Shown here piece by piece: positions 33,430 through 45,834 of a DNA stretch of 64,000 nucleotides. The stretch lies in contig CDRNVI010000020.1 in assembly GCA_977017575.1 (NCBI GenBank), positions 248,001 through 312,000 of the forward strand, in the 5' to 3' direction. Source of the DNA: Paramoeba atlantica (Eukaryota > Protista > Discosea). Each line of letters opens with the position of its first letter. The stretch's first letter is position 1. The notes beneath the pieces are model-generated. The model worked only from the letters and a program-made list of their open reading frames with translations. It searched no databases and had not been told where the DNA came from. The translations under genes were made by a program, and so were the position numbers.

Positions 33430-35440
33430 TAAGAGGTTACATTCAAGGAAGATTGCACACTTTTCCCTTTTCTCCGTACTTTTTGGGCATCAAATTGCCT
33501 CCTTCAACGGTATTTGTGTGCACACCTTCTGGTGTTACCCATTCATTCCGATGGACTACTTGGATCCAGCGGTACTTGCCTGAGAAACCTGTCTGGTTGT
33601 GGCGTGCTCCATCGGTCGAGATGCGACAACGGGGTCCACGAGCCATTTCTTCAACGAGTGGTACCAACGTTTCCGCTCTCCTCCGGGTACGGAATTCACA
33701 AACATTTGTTTTAGTTTCGCATCTCGGGTCGTGTCCGCCAAATTTTGTATGCCATTTTAATCACACAAGAGCACTTGTATCATTCCAAGCACCCACGTCC
33801 GTTAAAGCCAACTGCTCTGCTCATCTCGTGTCGGGGCATCCAGAGCAGACCATTGAAATAGTACAAGAAAAGCGAGAAAAAAATGTTCTTAGTGAATAGC
33901 AATAAGTTTATCACTTCATAAGATGCTTTTCTGTACAATTTTTGTTCAGAAAAAACAGATATTACTTTTTTTTTCAAGAAGTGTGCAATCTTCCTTGAAT
34001 TCCACCTTATAACAATATGAAAGTTATGTCTGGGTAAATTTCTTTCGCCTAGAAAATCCCTTAGTTAATAGCAGTCTTGATGAACTTCAAAAATTGTAAA
34101 AATTCGATTTTATTTAACTAGAAAAGTTATCTGCTATTTACCAAGTACTATGAGGGGTGGTCACCGCCAATGCGGCACTATTCTGCCATATTCTGCCGAT
34201 CGCAAGGGTTTCGTCCTTTTGAGGCGTACTTTATTTTTGGAACCTACCCCGCGCCGCGAAGCGGCGCGCTTTTTTCGTGTGAAAAGCTTTTTTCGTTTTG
34301 GTAGTTATATACCCCTCCGGTATTATGTGATAAAAAACCGCGGTGGTTGTTTTCAACGTAGAATTCACTCATGCTGCGTGCTTCGAGTTGAAAACTACCT
34401 CCGCGTTTAATGAAGCGACTAAAAAAGAAAAATTGCCAAAAAGATCACGAATAATACAATTTTTTGTTTGAAAATGCCCGATTTGTGGGCCAAAAAAGCG
34501 AAATTTTGACCCAAATCTGGGCTGCTTTTGATGCCTTACCAGTAGGGGTAGGAGGCGCACCTCACGAAAAAACCGTCGTAGAATGGTAGCCCAAACTCCT
34601 ATTATTTTCCAAAATTGGACAACTTTTACGAATTTTAGACCCCCCCACCTTTAGGTTCGCACCCCTGTATGTTTTAGGAGTCGATTTTGGAAAAATAATG
34701 TTTTTACTTTTCTTTTGGATTTCTTTTGGAATTTCGAACTTTTCGGGGCCCTCCTGCGCGTACCAGGGGGGGTCACCCCCAAGTGGGGGGGGGGGGGGAA
34801 TTATCGCCGCTGCGTACTCTAACACTTCTCTTCGCTGGATTTCGAACCATAAATTTTTCAAAGGGCATATGCGCCCCCTGGACCCCCCATTTTTTTCAGT
34901 TTTGTTTTTCAATGTTTGGACCTACGACGACTATGTTGCATGCCGGGTGACGCTTCGCGAGGAAGGGATTGCAAAGTCAATCCTCGACCTCATCACGTAT
35001 CATGGTGTGTTGCTTGGTGCACATAAAAAAGAAATCATGTGATGAAGTAAGCTCTCGAACTGCAATCAAAACAAGGCAAATACTAAAATTTTAAGACTTT
35101 TAACACATCTAACATAATTTTCGTACATTTTTAGCGAAGAACAGTTTTTTTATCACAAAGTACATACTGGATGTCACGCTTAAGTAACTGAGGACTTACG
35201 TCACGAAGCGGCACCGATTTTTTTCCACATGGGACTCTTTTTCTCCGCTGCAGTCCTCGTTAACAGCAGATTATTGCCCATTTCTGCCATATTCTGCCGA
35301 TCACCACAGACGCGTGCCCCCCCTCTATACCTCCGCTAATATAAATTTATTTTTATAAACGGATGATTTTCGACTTTTATAATTCTATAAAATATAGTTC
35401 TAAAAATTAATTAGCGAGGGTGTATCATTTATTAATTTCT

Positions 35441-37144
35441 ATGTTAAGAATGGAAATTTCAATTTGCGTCTGTGACGATCAACAGCCTCCTACAAAGCGT
35501 CGCAAGACACACGAAAGCACTTCGAGTAAAGAAATGCTTAAAAAACAAAGAATTCAATCTCGCACCGGAAAGATCCGAGGCGCTCTTTTACCACAAGAAT
35601 ACGAACTAGAAAGACTCATATCGGAAACAATCAATCAGCACTCCTCCTGGAAAGTAGCAACACCTGCCTGTGAGTGGGAAGGCATACACTGCAACACGAA
35701 CGGCGAAGTAGAGCGCATTGAGTGGGACTCGGAGAGCTCTATCATAGGAATGACGGGTGAATTGCACTTGGAATACGTTCCTAGAAGTGTGACAGTGCTC
35801 TCCGTGGAAGGCAACGGGTTTTCCGGCAGGCCGGATCTAAGTGTTTTACCGCAGAATTTAACGTTTATAGATTTCTCCAATAACCAATTTGAAGGCGGAA
35901 TAGATTTCACTCGTTTGCCTTCGATGCTAAAGGTGCTGAAGCTGGAATTAAACTTGTTTAGTGGGGAAATTCAAATGAACGATTTACCCCTGAGCCTTGA
36001 ATACTTTGCTGCATATAACAATAGATTTGAAGGAGCAATTAATCTTCGTGAGTTACCCACATCCTTAATGAGCTTAGATCTCGGCATGAACCTTCTGACG
36101 GGTTCCCTAAGTCTTGGGCACCTTCCTACTGCCCTGCAGGACTTGACGCTAACCACCAATCTTTTCGAAAATACTTTGGACTTAAGTATGCTCCCAGAAG
36201 GATTGGATCATTTTAACACATCATACAACAATCTTTCTGGGGAGCTGGATCTCAGCATGTTACCGAACCATTTAACTGCACTCAAAGTGGAGCACAATTC
36301 CTTATCTGGAAGACTCTTTCTTGATAAGTTGCCCGCGTCATTGACAGAATTGAAATTATCGAGCAACAGATTTCACGGAAAACTTAATCTTAGCACGCTT
36401 CCTGAGGGTCTACTTGAATTCGAAGCACACAACAATTCATTTACTGGAAGTCTTAGTTTAGGTCAGTTGCCACCCGATATTACGAAGCTTGGTCTCAGCA
36501 GAAACGCTTTCGTCGAAATACTAGATCTGCAAGACCTACCACAGGATCTGAGAACTGTAGATCTTTCCTATAACGATATCAAAAATATCGAGTTTTCTAC
36601 TTTACCATGTACTTTATCGGCTCTCTACTTGAATAACAACAAACTATCTGGAAATCTGGATATGAGTAGTGTTCCAGAATCCTTGAAAGTGATTGACCTC
36701 AGTGAAAACGCTTTCTCGGGCTTCCTGGAATTAGGGTCAATCCCGCACTCACTGCATACATTCCGAATGGCTCATAATCAACTGCATGGTACTCTTGACC
36801 TCAATACTCTTTCTGATTCGATAACTCATTTCAATGTCGAGCACAATAACTTTTCAGGTCCGGTAGATTTACAAGATCTGCCCTACGGTATCACAGTTCT
36901 CAATCTCGGTCACAATAACTTTACTGGGACACCTGATCTAACAAAGTTAAGCCCCCAGTTGAGTGCTCTTATGTTGAATAACAATTCCTTTGAAGGGAGT
37001 GTACAGCTGACTGCACTGCCCAAACATTTGTGTACATTAAATCTAGACGACAATCCACACCTTCATGGACATGTGAATGAAAAATTACTTCCCGATGAAA
37101 TTGTTTTAGGACTTCAACGGACTCAAATCGCATGGTACTATTAA
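35441..37144 (+). CDS. Long LRR protein (~20 repeats)
   Basis: PPTKRRK, RTGKIRGALLPQEYEL, ACEWEGIHC cap, regular 22-aa LRRs; first ATG 35441. Confidence 0.92.
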   Translation: MLRMEISICVCDDQQPPTKRRKTHESTSSKEMLKKQRIQSRTGKIRGALLPQEYELERLISETINQHSSWKVATPACEWEGIHCNTNGEVERIEWDSESSIIGMTGELHLEYVPRSVTVLSVEGNGFSGRPDLSVLPQNLTFIDFSNNQFEGGIDFTRLPSMLKVLKLELNLFSGEIQMNDLPLSLEYFAAYNNRFEGAINLRELPTSLMSLDLGMNLLTGSLSLGHLPTALQDLTLTTNLFENTLDLSMLPEGLDHFNTSYNNLSGELDLSMLPNHLTALKVEHNSLSGRLFLDKLPASLTELKLSSNRFHGKLNLSTLPEGLLEFEAHNNSFTGSLSLGQLPPDITKLGLSRNAFVEILDLQDLPQDLRTVDLSYNDIKNIEFSTLPCTLSALYLNNNKLSGNLDMSSVPESLKVIDLSENAFSGFLELGSIPHSLHTFRMAHNQLHGTLDLNTLSDSITHFNVEHNNFSGPVDLQDLPYGITVLNLGHNNFTGTPDLTKLSPQLSALMLNNNSFEGSVQLTALPKHLCTLNLDDNPHLHGHVNEKLLPDEIVLGLQRTQIAWYY

Positions 37145-37636
37145 ATCAATGGTGAATCAACATCTCGTAGTTAGACCAGAAACGAAGTACGGTTTTGATT
37201 ACGACGGAGTACTCCATTTTCAAATGACGTTCTATAACCCCCCCTGCTTATGAGGGAGTTCTGGTACGTTTGCGAAATCCTTTTTTAGGGTGCAGGGTTT
37301 TAATTACTTTTTGCGAAGCAATTTCTCTTTACGATCTGGGAAGTGGTACTCAAATTTTCAAAAGCAAAATGACAATCCTGCACTCTAGTGTAACCAAAAA
37401 TAACCTCATGACGCTAGCCTTGTAAATAACGGCTGAAAATGTGGTTTTCTGCCTATAGAACCATTTTTTCCGAAAATGTACGCAAAGGTCTTTAAGAATT
37501 TGAAAGAATCCTAACTAATAAAAAGGAGTAAAGGTCACTGTATTTGCATTTCGTTAAAATCATGTATTGCATAGATTCTACTAATAGGTGGTAATATTGA
37601 GATAGGTGGTAAAGTTTCTCTGAGGCTGCTATTCAA

Positions 37637-38440
37637 ATGAAAAGAACCATCAATTCAGCAAATACGCAACTGCCGAAAGCTAGAAAAAGCAGTCTTTCTG
37701 TAGCAAAAAAATCCATGCCTTTGCGATTCTTCCACCAATCTCCTACATTAAGTAGTCCCCACACTCAACAAAGTATCTTGCAACCTTGTCAGCGTGACGA
37801 TGACAACTGGGCATGGTATGCTCAAGGCGAACTTATGTGTTACCAGCTACAAGTATCTACATCGAACACGCAGAGAACACGCCCAATAGCTGCTTTTGAT
37901 TTTGACGGCTGTTTAGCACAGACTTCTTTATACAATTCCGCTCCCGATGCCTGGAGCGTTCGATTTCCAACGGAAACAGTGCAAGCATTACAGCTTCTAC
38001 ATGACAAGGGATACACCATAGTCATTCTCTCCAATCAAAGTGGGATTGGACGAGCCACGAAAACGCGGGCACAACAAGTCGCAAAGGTTAAGACGCGCAT
38101 AAAAGGGTTCATTGATAAAGTACAATCTGAGATTTTGGAATCCGGTGTTTCGTCACCTATAAAAGGAGAGAAACGCGTTCTTCCTATACAGGCCCTCGTT
38201 GCAACCGAAAAGGTTTCATCTTATCGAAAACCGGAGAAGAGCATGTGGTTATTCTTAGAATCATTGTTTCGTAGAGATAATATCAAACTTTGTTACCATC
38301 AAAGTTTTTATGTAGGGGATGCCGCGGGTCGAGCAAGAGATTTTTCTGACTCAGACCGCAAATTCGCGGAGAACGTGGGCATACGCTTTTATGATGAAAC
38401 AGAGTTTTTTCTGGAGCGAGCCTTCGAGAAGTTAAAGTAG
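37637..38440 (+). CDS. PNKP: DNA 3'-phosphatase (PNKP phosphatase domain only, HAD fold)
   Basis: AFDFDGCL, ILSNQSGI, YRKP, FYVGDAAGR..DFSDSDRKFAENVG. Confidence 0.88.
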   Translation: MKRTINSANTQLPKARKSSLSVAKKSMPLRFFHQSPTLSSPHTQQSILQPCQRDDDNWAWYAQGELMCYQLQVSTSNTQRTRPIAAFDFDGCLAQTSLYNSAPDAWSVRFPTETVQALQLLHDKGYTIVILSNQSGIGRATKTRAQQVAKVKTRIKGFIDKVQSEILESGVSSPIKGEKRVLPIQALVATEKVSSYRKPEKSMWLFLESLFRRDNIKLCYHQSFYVGDAAGRARDFSDSDRKFAENVGIRFYDETEFFLERAFEKLK

Positions 38441-39042
38441 ATTGATCAACTGAATAGTAAAACGTTTTTTCACAAAATTTTGCATGTACCCCCTCTTTAA
38501 TAGGGCATTTTGCCTAAAATCGGAGCCATATTAAACAGGGGGAATAATTAAAAATTCTTTTATACTCTTTCATCCGTGACTCACATTCTTGTCCATATGA
38601 TTACATCAGTTGAGCTCGGAATTTGTTTCCGTGCACTCGACATAAAGTTACCCGTCAAAGTTATCTTGTACGTGCACGGAGTGAGGCAACGAGACGAAAC
38701 AACTTTCTTCAGGTGTTGATGTCTCTGAAGCTTATTTTTAAGTTTCACACGTACTCCGAGGAAAGTCCCTCTGCTCGTTTACCGGTAGCAAGTACCGCTC
38801 GGAGTTCACGCACTCCGATGCCTAGGCGGAGATGATTTGTTTGCCTCTCCTGGGGAGAGCAAGTGTGCCCCATACGAGATATCTCGTTTGGACTGCTTAT
38901 AGTAATGTACGCGTTACATATAAAAGAGGGCTCATATCAATAAGATACATGTTGGGGACTTTTGATGATAACTTTAAAAAAGCTATATACAAGTACATGT
39001 ACATAAAGATGGGGTTCATCTATTATTAACAATCACCTATTA

Positions 39043-40786
39043 CTCCCCCCTCCATAAGTAATTATAAATACACCTCGAACTTACTATAAATACACCTCCT
39101 TACTTGTTGATATACCGTAGAAACTTCAATTAAGGGCAATTAAAATTAGGGCAACTTTAATTAAGGCAGCTTTAATTAAGGAAATAATTAATTTTTTGTC
39201 ATTTTTGGGGAAAAATTGAGAAAAATTGATTTCATGATTCCGTCTCAGACTTCTCCTTTCAATGATCGTTTTAGATTTTCTCTCACACGTTGAACTGGTT
39301 GAAGACAGTAAAGGTAGGCGAAACGGGCGAAGCTCGTCTAGAAAAGTTCGAAAAACATGAAAAAAAAAATCAGAAATTGAGCACTTTTAGCAGAAATGCG
39401 ATGTTTATGCTACAAACGACAATATTTAAATAAGAACTGTTTTGGGCTTTTATCAGCGCCACTTTAATTAAGGCAACTTTAATTAAGGCAATAATTAATT
39501 TTTAAATCCGTTCTGCCTTAATTACTTTTATCCTTAATAACCGTTTCACCGGTAAACTGGATAACTGATATATAACTGGATAACTTAATTTTACCCCCCC
39601 ATGCCCCCCTTCACCCCGAGAGGAAGACCCCCCTTGTTTCGCACGCCCGCTTTGTCGCCCTCCTCGCCCGCCCTTTCTGCCGCCTCCTCGCCCGCCCTGT
39701 CTAGAATCATCATCATGAAGAGTATTAGTGTGAAATTCCAATTTTTACCCCTCTCCAGGTTCACTAGGTTCACATCCATAAGTAATTATAATTATAAACC
39801 CCCGCTCACGAATAAGTGACCCCCCCTTATTTTTAGCACAGGGGGGCCTCGGTGGGTTATCATATCACTTTTTCGTTCAAAATTTCGAGATCTGTACGTT
39901 CCCGCTGTTTTTAGCTCATTTTAAAATTTTAAAATTTAGTCAAAAAACATAATTGGTTTTTCAACTTTTTTTTCCAAAAATTACCAAATCACCATATCGG
40001 CTCCCAAAAGGGGGCCTTACGGATAGTGGTAAGGTTCTTTTGAAGATGAGACAGGCAGAAGGTGTTCCGATAAAACAATTATCCCGTGATTTTAACGTCT
40101 CTAGAAGGATAATCAAAAAATATCTGAACGAAAAAAAATCTAGCGGGGAATACACTTTGAGTCCTGTGACCATCTATTACAAGTGAGACATCTACAATGA
40201 CACATCTATTACAAGTGAGACGTACATAGAAACATTAAAACAGGTAGATTTCCCCCCTAATAGTGTATTTCAACAGGATGGGGCAACGGCACATACTGCC
40301 CGTGCCTCCAAAGAGTATATTGAGAATTGAATGAGTGATGTTCTAAGAAACTGGCCCCCCAACTCGCCCGACCTTTCCCCCATAGAAAACGTCTGGTCTA
40401 TGGTCCAAGAGGCGGTAGACGAACAAACCCCATCGGACAAACCTTCACTTATCCGATGTGTATGTAAAGCATGGTCTTCTTTAACTCAAAAAGTGATCGA
40501 CAAAACAGTATTAAGTTTTGATTCTCGACTTAAGGAGTGTATAAGATTGAAGGGCGAAAAAGTGACAAAATGGTAATTCTTCTCTAAATTGTGCGTATTC
40601 GTTTCTTTTTGTCTCATTTCTGCACGCGCAAAGTCCTTGTGTTGAGATCTGCAAAATGCAACAAAAAACAGCTCAAACGGACATTTGTACGAAAAAAAAG
40701 AGGGGGGTCACTTTTCGTGAGCGGGGGTTTAATTATAATTATTAATTAAAAAAAATTATGCTTATAATTACTTATGGAGGGGGGAG
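39043..40786. mobile_element. TIR element enclosing a Tc1 derivative
   Basis: Perfect 27-bp inverted repeat 39041-39067 / 40762-40788 including TA; internal TTAATTAAGGCA repeats. Confidence 0.7.
39797..40729 (+). mobile_element. Internally deleted Tc1 element
   Basis: TIR AACCCCCGCTCACGAA, TA TSD. HTH remnant at 39953-40186; FQQDGATAH..*..WPPNSPDLSPIENVW (D35E spacing). Confidence 0.85.
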
Positions 40787-41793
40787 TACTAACAATGGTA
40801 TTATTTCACCTATTATTAACATTCATCTATTATTAACAAGAATTGCTTTTTCTCTTTTTTCGCAGCTTCCCTAACGGGAAACTTATGCGAAAATCAGCTT
40901 TTCGTGGAGCTTTTTTCATGAAAAGTGGGGCTATTTGTGGGGATAATGATAGGAAACAAGCCTAAAAGGACGATTGCTAATAATAGATGAAACGTTCATT
41001 ATAAATATATCTATTATTGGAAAGTGGGGCATTATTTCAAAACAAATCATCTATTAAATTTTATTAACAAACTGTCCATTATTAACTCTAAGGAGCCATT
41101 GAGAAAGAAATGCAGCAAGACTATTCGCTATTAGAACGAGATTCATCAAACGCGATTAAAACGAGCAAAAATGCGAAGGACACAATTTCATAAAACATAA
41201 AAAAATGTAAAAAAAAATGGGTGCGTTCCAGAAAAATGGTATCAAAAAACCGTGTTTTTTGGACCTAGGGGGTCCCTACGAAAAAGGCGGCAAAGCCCTT
41301 CGCTAGGAAAACGAGATCTCTCGAATGCTGCAAAGATGAGCAAAAGCGGATAAAAAAAAGTCAATTTTCCGCGGGGGGCAAGATTTCTGTTCACCCTTGT
41401 ACAAAAGAGGGCTTACATCAATAAGATAAATGTTGGGGACTTTTGATGATAACTTTTAAAAAAACGAAATATACGTACTGCATAGTACTTGCTATAGTAC
41501 TGCTATAGTACATGCATGTATCTTGAACACCGTTGGAAATCTAGTTTTTAGAGGCTAAAAGACGATTCACGGCAAATATTTGGGCTTGCGAGCGGGTGCG
41601 TCCGGGTGCGTGCTGAAAGTTTAAATCAAAAAAGGCCACCTTTAGATACATTTAGGCTCCATTACACCGCGCGAGCTGAATAAATGTCGTGGTGGTAGTT
41701 GCTTCGTTAAAAAACGGTGGTTGTTGGTAAACGGGGCTTCGCAATTTGTTTCCCGCTAACGACGCCGCGTATGGCTCAGGCCCGCGAAAAATG

Positions 41794-41866
41794 TAACACC
41801 ACCGGGAGTCGAACCTGCGACCGCCAGATTATGAGCGGTATGCCTTACAAGCTGGACTACCTGGGC
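41794..41866 (-). pseudogene. Degenerate tRNA-Met(CAT)-like sequence followed by T5
   Basis: CTCATAATCTGGCGGTCGCAGGTTCGACTCC; acceptor and anticodon stems pair poorly. Confidence 0.5.
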
Positions 41867-42222
41867 TCGAATCCCGAGGCCTACGTTTTTAAGCACAGCG
41901 ATATGCGCCCAAATCGAGTATAAAGGGGGCTAGACCCCCCTTTCCACCCTCCTCGATACATCCTATCCCGGACACCATAAAGAAGGGAGGGGCAGAGTTT
42001 GTAAACAATCCCTGAAATTTATACAGCTCTTTATTCGTTCAGAATTTTGAGTTGGTGGGAGTCGTGTTATGTTCCCACTACGTTCTGCAGTCCTTCATTT
42101 CTGCGAAGGAATGATTTCTTGTGCGAAAGTATCGCATTTATTGCTCTGGGAGCGAAAATACGGGGAATTGGTAATATTCAGGGTTCGCGGAAACTTTAAA
42201 ACTTTCAAGAAAGTACTTTAAA

Positions 42223-45200
42223 CATAGCTTTTGGTTTGCTGGTGTGTTCGCTGGTTCGCTGTGTTAGCTGGTTCAGTGAACAAAATAGCGAACACAGCGA
42301 ACCACTTAACACGGCTCTTCGGAATTAAACTTCAAGATGGTCGAAAGCGTTACAGAAACAGTATCTCTATCTCTAAAAGGATTATCTCCTTGCATGCATT
42401 AGTTTTCATCGCCCAAAGTATTTTTTTTATTTTTTTTGGGTGTGCACCCCCCTAGGCTCACCGGAAGCCTACACCCTAACACCAATCTTGTAACTACTAA
42501 TCTTGTACCGCCGCCTGAATAATCTGGGAATTGCCCTTCTGGATTTTTTTATTTTTGGCCAGTCGAGTTTATCCTCGAGTCTTGGCAAAGAAAGAAAAGA
42601 ACAGTGAACATACATCTTAATAAAAAAAATCTATAAGCTCAATCAACAATTGCATCGATTTGAGGATCCAAACGTTTAATATTGCAGTGCACGAAAATAT
42701 ACACTGCCATCTTTTCCGGAGACATACTAGCCTGTCGACTGCAGTACTTATGTCCCATTACGGAAAGCACTGAATCACATTCTGTAACTATCGGCCGAAC
42801 CCAGAGGTAACATCGTGCTGCGCGATATATTTCCGGGTACCTAAGTTTTCCTGTCTCTTCCCACCAAGTCGCCGCTGTGTACTTCGGTGTAGCGCGCCAA
42901 CCATAATCTTCACAAGTAAGAAAATCATTAAATTAGTTATCCGATATCGAAAACATCGGAGTGCCAGTTCGCAACATGTCATTCATTATTTCAGTGCTAG
43001 GAGGGGAAGTCAAGAAAGACACATCAGAGTTCCGGACTGACCACTGGATATACATAGGATTTAACCATTGTACATTCATAAAAAAATCCCAGAGATGATG
43101 CCGGCGAACGCGATCTCGATGGCGCAAAATTGCTTCTACTACCTGTTCATTATACGACATTTGCTCGCGAAGGTTGTTTAGAACAGGAAAAACACTAAGA
43201 ACGCTCGGAGTGTCTGTGACGTCAGAAAAAAGTTCCAAAGCATTTTTTATGGGGGCGCACTGCTTTAAGAATTCGTTAGCCTGATTGATGATAGCCTGGA
43301 TTGATCCTTCGGTTTTTAAGCACTCCCAGCATTGCTCTATTGAAGCAGACGGTTTCTTACTCTTACGGCAGTGCGCCTCCACTAGTCGGGCTATCGTCGG
43401 AGCCTTGTTGGCAATGTAGCTAATTGAGGTAAACTTATCCAATACCCATCGAGTCACACCCCCAAGCTTGGGGGATCCATGAACAGGAGCTTTGTGCGCC
43501 TTGTCGAGACCTTCTAAAATTTCGGGGACCAGGGCTTTTGAGACGTCTTATTTTTGCTCGTACGTTGCAGTCGAAATTAGAGCGTTGTAAAGTTCCACAC
43601 CGGGAGTTTCAACGAAACGTTTCAAGAGAGAAACAGCGCTTGTCAAAGAAGTCAATTTTTTCTTTCTCGACATCTCCTAAACTATGTCCCACCAAAAGGC
43701 TGTGGTAGGATTGAACAGTTTTTGCGGCCTTATGGACGTCGTCACCAAATTCTTCGCAAGTCCAGAGCTATACCCCGAAATTCACCTTTCCGAGCTGAAG
43801 TTTCCGCTCCACTATAGAAAGTATTAGTGAAATATTTACGAAGTAGAAAGAGGTTCGTAGTGTTCCAACTCTCTAGTGCCGACTTCGCAACTTGGTTGAG
43901 AAAATGGCTGATGCATGGCACCAGCGCCAACCGCTGATTGCAAGTTGCGTTGACGTCTCCCTGTAGTTGAGCAATTGATCCTTGAACCGCATTCCTCATT
44001 GATGAGAAATCGTTCTCACCCAAAATGCCCAATCGTCGATACAATTCACCAAGTTCGTTCTCAGCCTCCTGCCGGGCCACATGATTGACGGCAGCCCCAT
44101 CTACTATGAGGTAGGCCCATTTTCGCAGACGTTGCGCCCCTAAACGGCGGCGAAGATCATCAACAATTTGTGCACCGATCTGGGCACCATTAAATGCGCC
44201 ATGTTTTTCGTGATACATAGGCGGAAGTACCCAATGATGAGGACCTACATAGAGCAACGCTACCATGATGTGTTCACCGAGAACCTGATCCGTGCCTCCG
44301 TCCAAAGCAATACCAAACAATTCGTAGCTGTCAATTAACTCATGTATTTGACGCCATATTTTAGCTTCTAAGACGGACATGTCGGTTTCCAAAGTGCTCA
44401 CCTCCTTTGGCATTGCCCGTAGAATATCATCTCTCTGCGCGTTGTACGGCCACCGTTGCCCAATTTGTTCTGCAAAGTGTAATGCGACTGAAAGAGGAAT
44501 ACTAGTTGATGCGACAATGACGGGGAAATCAGTATGCCAAAATTCAAATGGAGTCTTTTCCTCTTGCACTAGTGTTACTGAATTTTTCGAAGTCCCAGGA
44601 CAGACATGATTCAGGTGGCGATTGTAAGTAGACTCACAGTGTGAGTGAAATACTTCGGCACAGCGCCTACAGCGGAGATGAATAAAATGATTTGATTGAT
44701 CTCGCAGAGCAAAATCATCGCACTTGTTCCTTTTCTCTGCAGAAAGGCAGATGACATCCGCCGTACAGACTTCATCAACAAAGTTTTCTTTGATCCAGTG
44801 GAGCCGGAGTAAGGCGGGCCCTCCCCTCTTCCTCTTCGAAGTTCGACAGGGGGTCACAAGAGCGACATCCAGAGTAGTCTGACTCGGAGCTTCCGCCCTA
44901 CGCTCTGCCAGTGTATTCGCCGCTTCTCGTCGAGCATTAGCGGTCGCTAAAGGTGTGTTTGAATGCTCTGGCGACAGTACATTAGAGTCGTTCGGAGAGG
45001 AAGATGTAAGCGGCAGTTCTGGAACCTCTTCCTGTGATATAACACGTCTTCGACCCATACGAAATTTAAAGTTTTGGTAGAAAGATGAAACTGTCTACAT
45101 TTTAAAGACGATTATTCCATGATGAATTACCCTAAATACATAAGGAAAAAGAGAAAAGTTCAATATTGCTTTGTAACATCGAGTAAAACATTTCTCCTGT

Positions 45201-45287
45201 GTGGTACTGCTTAGCACAAAAACTGGTTCGCTTGGTTCGCTCGTGGTTCGCTGGTGGTTCAGTGGGTTCGCTGAACCAATAGCTATG
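42223..45287 (-). mobile_element. hAT-like DNA transposon
   Basis: Termini CATAGCT(T/A)TTGGTT flanked by TTTAAA; subterminal GGTTCGCT repeats at both ends. Confidence 0.75.
42639..45058 (-). pseudogene. hAT-like transposase, disrupted
   Basis: BED-like CRRC..RHLNHVC, ALDGGTD, IVDGAAVN, CISHFLN, VTRW, and a dimerisation-like domain WW..YPEIYRAARCYLW..VTECDSVLS..RQASMSPE. Confidence 0.8.
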
Positions 45288-45446
45288 TTTAAAGTTACTT
45301 TAATTTTTTTCTAAAAACTTTCAAAAACTTTTTTTCTTCGTATACTTTAGAATCGCAGAATTTTCTTTCATCATGATTTTGATTCGTCTGTATTCATTAC
45401 AGTTTATTATTAGGCCTCTATACAATACACGACACTCTTTTTTCCG

Positions 45447-45834
45447 ATGGAAAAGCTCACCCGGGGCAGTTTTTGTAAAGAATTCTTTGCTCAAGTACTT
45501 AATGCAGAGGGCGACAAGCAGATGTTGGAATGCAATTTGCGCCCTGAGAATAGCAAAAAACATTTTTTGACGGCAAGAGGTCTGCAGACCGATTATATAT
45601 CGGCAGAAAGGCATCTTCGAAAGCACGATAAAAGCTATGATGCGTGGTGCACGGAACAAAGGGAGAAAGCACCCAATATTTCGTCACAAAATTCTCCGTG
45701 GAATGTGCCACACCCCACCTCGAAGAGAAAAGCTGAATGAACTTACCATTGAGTACGCCAAGCAAATCCGTACCAAAACGTGCATTGACTTTGGCTTTAA
45801 ATTTTCGGACGTAAGTCATACTATGTTGTTCTGA
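45447..45834 (+). pseudogene. N-terminal BED-finger fragment of a transposase
   Basis: LECNLRP...ERHLRKH (second Cys apparently mutated), frameshifted. Confidence 0.45.

Larger units (their letters stand above)
13676..34872 (+). repeat. Near-identical tandem array Y-V-Y-V-Y; periods 8655 and 8584 bp
   Basis: Y = 13676-17634, 22331-26287, 30915-34872. V = YR retroelement 17635-22330 and 26288-30914. The period difference is mostly the length of the A-rich tract. Confidence 0.95.
38915..41465. repeat. ~70-bp dispersed direct repeat pair, plus CA(T/C)CTATTATTAAC motif repeats
   Basis: ...TCAATAAGATA(C/A)ATGTTGGGGACTTTTGATGATAACTTT.. at ~38935-38985 and ~41417-41465. Confidence 0.7.
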
